Positions 58,791-64,000 of a stretch of 64,000 nt of DNA are shown in pieces (the first letter of the stretch is position 1; each line of letters opens with the position of its first letter). A program made the position numbers and the translations under genes. The stretch is from positions 1 through 64,000 of IMG/VR virus record IMGVR_UViG_3300020536_000396; one strand, 5' to 3'. The notes under the pieces were generated by a model. It saw only the letters and a program-made list of their open reading frames with translations, did not search any database and was not told the DNA's origin. This stretch comes from an uncultured virus (IMG/VR IMGVR_UViG_3300020536_000396). Its lineage: Duplodnaviria; Heunggongvirae; Uroviricota; Caudoviricetes.

Positions 58791-59519
58791 ATGAGTGTTG
58801 CTTCAGATAAATTCGAACAAGATGTAGCAAAGTCTATCAATAAACTTCCGGGAATAAAAGCCACTAGGCCAAAAGTAAGTACAGAATACTCGGATGTAAA
58901 AGTTGAATATAAAAACATAAAAACTTGGGTGGAAGTTAAAATGTCACATACTGACAATCTTTCTAACCCAAGAGTTTATTATGAGGGTGGTAAATGGAAA
59001 ACTACGTATAAAACACCCACAGCCAAAGCTGCTGTAGATATCTTAAATAAGTCTGCACAGGCCAAGGCCTTTATAAAAGCTATTTCTAAATTTTCTGGCA
59101 TTCCGGAAAAACAGATAAAAATTCCAACTACAAAATCCGGACTCAAAGAGCCTGGTGCTGTACCACTTCATGTTATGAAGTCTTATTTTGATCAGCCAAG
59201 TATTAACCGTTATATTGCTAATGATGAAAATAGAGACTTAGGACAATTGGTGACGGAGCATTACACAGAAGGTAAAGCTGAGCCTGCATACTACATGCAA
59301 GCAGGAGATGATTTCTATTTAATCTCAAAAACAAATCCTCTGAAGTTAACGGGTGTTCCTCTTTTAAGTGGTTCTGGTGATTTTAAAGTTCGTGTAGCGA
59401 CCCGCTCTGAGTTTTATGAAGTTCAAGCAGAAATTAAAATTAAAAAAATGCCAAACAGTAAATACTCTGTAGCACCAGGCACAAAGAAAACAAATCCATT
59501 CATGAACATGAAAAAATGA
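58791..59519 (+). CDS. Hypothetical protein, PD-(D/E)xK-like
   Basis: N-terminal FE, then YSDV...WVEVKM. Confidence 0.5.
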   Translation: MSVASDKFEQDVAKSINKLPGIKATRPKVSTEYSDVKVEYKNIKTWVEVKMSHTDNLSNPRVYYEGGKWKTTYKTPTAKAAVDILNKSAQAKAFIKAISKFSGIPEKQIKIPTTKSGLKEPGAVPLHVMKSYFDQPSINRYIANDENRDLGQLVTEHYTEGKAEPAYYMQAGDDFYLISKTNPLKLTGVPLLSGSGDFKVRVATRSEFYEVQAEIKIKKMPNSKYSVAPGTKKTNPFMNMKK

Positions 59520-60745
59520 AATTCACAGAATTTTTAAAAGAAGGAAAAGAAGGTAAAAACCTGCATCTGGAACATCTCGAAGATGAGGTTCTCAATGGCG
59601 GTGTTGTTGGTGCCAGAAGTGCTATAAACTTTCTACAATCTCTACGTGACATGTTAGCAGGAAAATCCTCAACTAAAATAAATGTCACAACAAAATGGGA
59701 TGGATCACCAGCCATATTTGCAGGAGTTAATCCCGAAAATGGTAAATTTTTTGTTGGCACAAAAGGTGTGTTTGCTAAAAACGCCAAACTAAACTACACT
59801 GAAGAAGATATCGATAACAACCATCCTGCTGAAGGATTGAATCATAAACTCAAAGTTGCTTTAAGATATTTACCCAAACTAGGAATAAAAGGTGTTCTTC
59901 AAGGTGATATGCTTTTCACCAAAGGTGACATAAAGAAACAAAATATTGATGGCATGCAATATGCTATTTTTCAGCCAAATACAATTGTTTATGCAGTACC
60001 TTTCGATTCACCTTTGGCTTTTAAAATGATGACAGCACAATTAGGAGTTGTCTTTCATACTTCATACACTGGTAAAACCATGGAAGATATGAAGGCATCT
60101 TTTAACATTGATATTGGTCATCTAACGCATACAAAAGATGTTTGGTTCAGAGATGCTACATTTACTGATGCATCTGGTATGGCATCTTTTACCGAAAAAG
60201 AAACTGAAGATTTAACAAAAATATTATCTTCAGCAGGCAAAACATTTAACACAATAAATTCTTTGACATTAAATCGAATTGCTACAAGTGATGTGTTTAA
60301 AAATTACATCAAAACATTTAATAATGCAAAGATAAGAGCCGGTTCACAAATCAAAGACCCGAGAGCTCATACTTTAGAGTTAATTCGTTATGTAGAAGAT
60401 AAATTAAACAAAGAAGTTTTATCTGCAAAAAAAGAAGATACACGAAAGAAAAGAATCAAAGAAAAAACGGATGTCATGAGATTTTTCAGAGGTTCTGCTT
60501 CCGATTTAATTCAGATATTTACACTAATGAATCTTTTAGTTGACTCTAAAAATAGAATCATTAAAAAACTTCAAGAGATGAAACAAGTAACACACACTTT
60601 CTTGAGAACAGAAAATGGTTTTAAAGTAACCGATCCAGAAGGATTTGTTGCTGTATCAACAATAACTGGTGGTGCTGTTAAACTTGTCGATAGACTAGAG
60701 TTTAGTCAGGCCAATTTTAATGCAGCAAAGGCATGGGACAAATAA
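59516..60745 (+). CDS. Ligase/nucleotidyltransferase-like protein (DUF6267-like)
   Basis: HLEHLED, TTKWDGSPA (KxDG), QGD, PEGFV, VKLVDR. Confidence 0.65.
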   Translation: MKFTEFLKEGKEGKNLHLEHLEDEVLNGGVVGARSAINFLQSLRDMLAGKSSTKINVTTKWDGSPAIFAGVNPENGKFFVGTKGVFAKNAKLNYTEEDIDNNHPAEGLNHKLKVALRYLPKLGIKGVLQGDMLFTKGDIKKQNIDGMQYAIFQPNTIVYAVPFDSPLAFKMMTAQLGVVFHTSYTGKTMEDMKASFNIDIGHLTHTKDVWFRDATFTDASGMASFTEKETEDLTKILSSAGKTFNTINSLTLNRIATSDVFKNYIKTFNNAKIRAGSQIKDPRAHTLELIRYVEDKLNKEVLSAKKEDTRKKRIKEKTDVMRFFRGSASDLIQIFTLMNLLVDSKNRIIKKLQEMKQVTHTFLRTENGFKVTDPEGFVAVSTITGGAVKLVDRLEFSQANFNAAKAWDK

Positions 60746-61024
60746 ATGGAAAAGAAATTTGATCTAACGGCCATCTTGGCTGAATACGACGAAGATGATT
60801 TTGGTTTTACCGCCATCGACGAAGAAGAGTATACTTCAGTAATTGCGGAAAAAGAAGAGACTGTGGAAGAATACAAAGAAAGACTAGTACAAGTTGAAAA
60901 ACTTATTCTTCCGTTTTTAACCAAACTTCTCAAAACTGCGGATCAGCCAATCATCAAATGGCCAAACAGAAGGCCAATTCTTGAAGCACAGATTCAGAAG
61001 ATTCTAAATTTGACAAGAGGTTAA
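60746..61024 (+). CDS. Hypothetical protein
   Basis: ORF track; DDFGF...IKWPNR. Confidence 0.65.
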   Translation: MEKKFDLTAILAEYDEDDFGFTAIDEEEYTSVIAEKEETVEEYKERLVQVEKLILPFLTKLLKTADQPIIKWPNRRPILEAQIQKILNLTRG

Positions 61025-61026
61025 AA

Positions 61027-61350
61027 TTGGTAGAAATAACTTCTGGTGCTGCGAAAAAAATTAAATCTGTAATCGACGAAGAAAATCCAGATTTAAAGTT
61101 AAGAATATTTGTTCAGGGTGGAGGCTGCTCAGGATTTCAGTATGGGTTTTCAATAGAAGAATTACCCCCAGAACATGATGACTTTGTATTTGAAAAAGAT
61201 GGTGTTGGTGTTATCATAGATAGTATGAGTATGCAGTATTTGAATGAAGCTGTAATCGATTATGAAGAAACGCTTATGGGATCCAATTTTAGTATTAAAA
61301 ATCCTAACGTAACCGCAACTTGTGGTTGTGGTTCTTCATTTACAATCTAA
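61027..61350 (+). CDS. erpA: Fe-S cluster carrier, ErpA/IscA family
   Basis: [20 protein letters not shown] start. Confidence 0.92.
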   Translation: MVEITSGAAKKIKSVIDEENPDLKLRIFVQGGGCSGFQYGFSIEELPPEHDDFVFEKDGVGVIIDSMSMQYLNEAVIDYEETLMGSNFSIKNPNVTATCGCGSSFTI

Positions 61351-61351
61351 C

Positions 61352-61522
61352 ATGATAAGAATACCTAGACCCAAAAAAGAAATTAGGCAAAATATAAAGC
61401 CTGATATTCTACCAAAATCTGGTGCAGGCCAATGGGGCACCAAAGAATTGGCAGACACTTATAGAAAAGATACACCTGGACAAAGTATAACTAAATTCAA
61501 AGACTACAAGACAACTAAGTAA
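61352..61522 (+). CDS. Small hypothetical protein
   Basis: GAGQWGTKEL...YRKDTPGQ; start ATG 61352. Confidence 0.55.
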   Translation: MIRIPRPKKEIRQNIKPDILPKSGAGQWGTKELADTYRKDTPGQSITKFKDYKTTK

Positions 61523-61539
61523 TATAATGGAGATTTGTT

Positions 61540-62373
61540 ATGAAAGATTTGATTATTGGTGCCAGTACCAATTACGATTGGCCTAAACTAAAATACTGGA
61601 TAAACTCCATCAACCAATCTGGTTTTGATGGCGATAAAGTTCTTATTCTGATGAACTGTGATGCTGACACAGTGAAAAAGGTCAGCGAAGCAGGATTTAA
61701 AATCATCGGTTTCAATCAAGACAACGAAGGCAATCTTCGTTACGAATCAAAAATTCCTGTTCATGTTGAAAGATTTGGCCACATTTATGAGTATCTAAGA
61801 AATAATGACTATCGTTATGTGATAACAACGGATGTTAAAGATGTTATCTTTCAACAAAATCCAATTGATTGGTTAGAAGCCAATCTCATTTCAAAACATT
61901 TAGTTTTTTCATCTGAAAGTATGCTTTACAAGGATGAACCATGGGGTAATCAGAATCTATATGAGACATACGGTGATTATATACACAGTATTTTTAAGCA
62001 TAATGAAATTTTTAATGTTGGCGTTCTTGCTGGTCACGGCTTTGCGATACGTGATTTAGCAATAAACATTTTCTCTACTGCCATAAACAGACCTATACCA
62101 ATTTGTGACCAATCTACATTTAACTTTTTAATCTCAATGCATCCATATAAAACGACCAGTCAATATTGTAGGTCAGAAGATGGTTGGGCATGCCAATTAG
62201 GTACAACAGTAGATCCATCAAAAGTAGAAAGTTTTAGGCCTTTCTTGTTGGAAGAATCGCCTATATTAAAGGATGACATTGTAACTACATCAAAAGGAAA
62301 TCCTTACTACATTGTTCACCAGTACGATAGGGTTCCAGAATGGCGTAAAATTATTGAGGCGAAATATGGCTAA
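61540..62373 (+). CDS. Glycosyltransferase-like protein
   Basis: TDVKDVIFQQNP, NVGV, DQ, HQYDR. Confidence 0.75.
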   Translation: MKDLIIGASTNYDWPKLKYWINSINQSGFDGDKVLILMNCDADTVKKVSEAGFKIIGFNQDNEGNLRYESKIPVHVERFGHIYEYLRNNDYRYVITTDVKDVIFQQNPIDWLEANLISKHLVFSSESMLYKDEPWGNQNLYETYGDYIHSIFKHNEIFNVGVLAGHGFAIRDLAINIFSTAINRPIPICDQSTFNFLISMHPYKTTSQYCRSEDGWACQLGTTVDPSKVESFRPFLLEESPILKDDIVTTSKGNPYYIVHQYDRVPEWRKIIEAKYG

Positions 62374-63076
62374 TGCACTTGTTATATCAGGACATCTAAG
62401 AACTTTCAGAAACATCTGTGAAGAATTGAAACATTTCATTTCTTTAAATGAACTCGATGTTTATATGTACGTTTGGGATGAAGGCAATCAAGAAGATATT
62501 GATTATGCGGTAAAATATTTAAATCCAGTAAAATGGGCTGCAGAAAGAAATGAAATCTATGCACAGGAATTTTTAGATGCGGAATCTAGAATCTCTGAAA
62601 AAAATCCAAAAGATTTAATTACTCCAGATAGGAATCATGTTACTCTATCAATGCATTTTGCTCGCAGAAAAGCATTTGAGTTGATCGATAAAGAATATGA
62701 TAATGTAGTTTTTACCAGATTTGATACGCATTTGTATCCTTTTAAAGTGAGAAATATGGTAGAAACTTATCCTGATGTTGTGGTCACACCTACAAATGAA
62801 CAGTACGGAATGGTTTCGGATATTTTTGCCATTATTCCTTGGAAATATGCCAATAACTACTTCTTTTATCCGAGAGCAGAAAAGATACTTTCTACAAGAT
62901 TCAGTAAAAAGTATAAAGAATGGCTCTCAGTAAAGTTTTGGTGGGAAAATGGTCAAAGAGATATAAAACTACATGATGAGAATCGATATTGTCCTCATAT
63001 GCTGTGTATGAGAAATTACTTTGAAACAGATACGCCATACATAGTTGTAGATTTACCAGTCATGATTAAAAGGTGA
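62366..63076 (+). CDS. Glycan-related hypothetical protein
   Basis: ALVISGHLR, YDNVVFTRFD, SDIFA; related to the next gene. Confidence 0.6.
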   Translation: MANALVISGHLRTFRNICEELKHFISLNELDVYMYVWDEGNQEDIDYAVKYLNPVKWAAERNEIYAQEFLDAESRISEKNPKDLITPDRNHVTLSMHFARRKAFELIDKEYDNVVFTRFDTHLYPFKVRNMVETYPDVVVTPTNEQYGMVSDIFAIIPWKYANNYFFYPRAEKILSTRFSKKYKEWLSVKFWWENGQRDIKLHDENRYCPHMLCMRNYFETDTPYIVVDLPVMIKR

Positions 63077-63079
63077 AAA

Positions 63080-63781
63080 ATGAAAATTGCATTATGTCTA
63101 TCTGGGCAAGCCAGATGCTTTGACAAAGTATATGAATACGTAAAGAAAAACCTTTTAGATAAACACGATATCACTGTTTTTTGCCACGTATGGGATTTCT
63201 CTGGTGTTGAAAAGTTAAAAGAACTTTACAAGCCACAAAACATAATTGTGGAACCACCTATTACGCCAGACTTATCAAAGTACACTAGAGTTCCACCACC
63301 ACAACCAAACTGGAAAGTTAAAGATCCAGCTCTTTCAACTTATGCTCAATTTTATTCGCTGAATATGGCAAATAAATTGAAGATGCAATATGAGAAAGAA
63401 AATAAAATGGTGTTTGATTGGGTCATTCGTTCGAGATATGACTTTACTTTGAATGTAGAAATTCTTTTTGAAGAATTAGACAATCAAAAACTTTACATAC
63501 CGAATTGTAGAAGAACACCAGGTCGAGATTTTGGAAATGACCAGTTTGCTTTTTCTTCTTCAAGAAACATGGACAAATACTGTAATGTTTTTAACCGCAT
63601 CGATGAGTTTTATGATTTAGGTACAACGATGATCGGTGAAGAGATGATGAGCATGAATTGGAAAACAACTGGCCTTGTTGGTGAGAACTTAGTTTATTGT
63701 GATATGAATCATCCTTTTCCACCAGGTCCACACAATGGAACTTGGCACTCACTAATGAGAGATGATTTTGAAAAGTGGTAA
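63080..63781 (+). CDS. Glycan-related hypothetical protein
   Basis: KIALCLSGQAR, FDWVIRSRYD, NDQFA. Confidence 0.65.
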   Translation: MKIALCLSGQARCFDKVYEYVKKNLLDKHDITVFCHVWDFSGVEKLKELYKPQNIIVEPPITPDLSKYTRVPPPQPNWKVKDPALSTYAQFYSLNMANKLKMQYEKENKMVFDWVIRSRYDFTLNVEILFEELDNQKLYIPNCRRTPGRDFGNDQFAFSSSRNMDKYCNVFNRIDEFYDLGTTMIGEEMMSMNWKTTGLVGENLVYCDMNHPFPPGPHNGTWHSLMRDDFEKW

Positions 63782-64000
63782 AATTAGTCAAAGAATTAAA
63801 GGGATACTCAGAGTCTAGTGTTCACTTGATGTACGATGAAAAGTTTTTTGTCAGAAAAACGGGAGATATTCATCGTAATATAGAAAGATATGATTCATTA
63901 ACAAACATAGGTTTGTCTCTACCAAAAATCTACAATGTTTTTGGTAGTTATTATGATATGGAATACATCTCTTGTTTGGAGATGAAAAAATATCTGTCTA
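63775..64000 (+). CDS. Partial (5' end) phosphotransferase/kinase-like protein
   Basis: Manual translation from GTG: MVKLVKELKGYSESSVHLM...FVRK...LPKIY...YDMEYI; runs off the window. Confidence 0.5.
   Translation, partial: MVKLVKELKGYSESSVHLMYDEKFFVRKTGDIHRNIERYDSLTNIGLSLPKIYNVFGSYYDMEYISCLEMKKYLS

Noticed and set aside
676..63791. Numerous short minus-strand ORFs in the ORF track
   Set aside because: They overlap well-supported plus-strand genes and lack recognisable motifs; antisense shadows
1..64000. CRISPR array, rRNA, IS elements, integrase, reverse transcriptase
   Set aside because: No spaced direct repeats or diagnostic motifs seen; intergenic gaps are short

Overview
A 64 kb AT-rich segment of a large T4-like myovirus genome with every convincing gene on the + strand. 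A proteobacterial host in an aquatic setting is my inference from the sigma70 promoters and the ErpA-, IbpA- and rubrerythrin-like genes. Order: tail-fibre-like genes; a radical-SAM/NeuA/NeuB cassette; neck-tail-head module (gp13-gp23, with dps between gp16 and gp17); gp3, uvsY, uvsW; a nucleotide-sugar cluster; gp55-gp47-gp46; peptide deformylase; a DruA/DUF4338-like gene followed by a 63-nt tRNA-Gly-like RNA; a VWA/CobS-like pair; the replication module (gp45, gp44, gp62, regA, gp43, uvsX, gp41); a second DUF4338-like gene; a late nuclease/ligase-like operon; erpA; glycosyltransferase-like genes. The top candidate for a new system is the minimal tRNA-Gly-like RNA. It keeps the glycyl-tRNA synthetase acceptor identity elements, looks unfit for translation, and abuts a DUF4338-like enzyme, suggesting a dedicated aminoacyl donor for a tRNA-dependent modification. 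Also seen: a 5'UTR H-type pseudoknot, a ROSE-like thermometer, an antisense sigma70 promoter and a repeated operator-like palindrome. All calls come from recognising motifs by eye; no searches were run.
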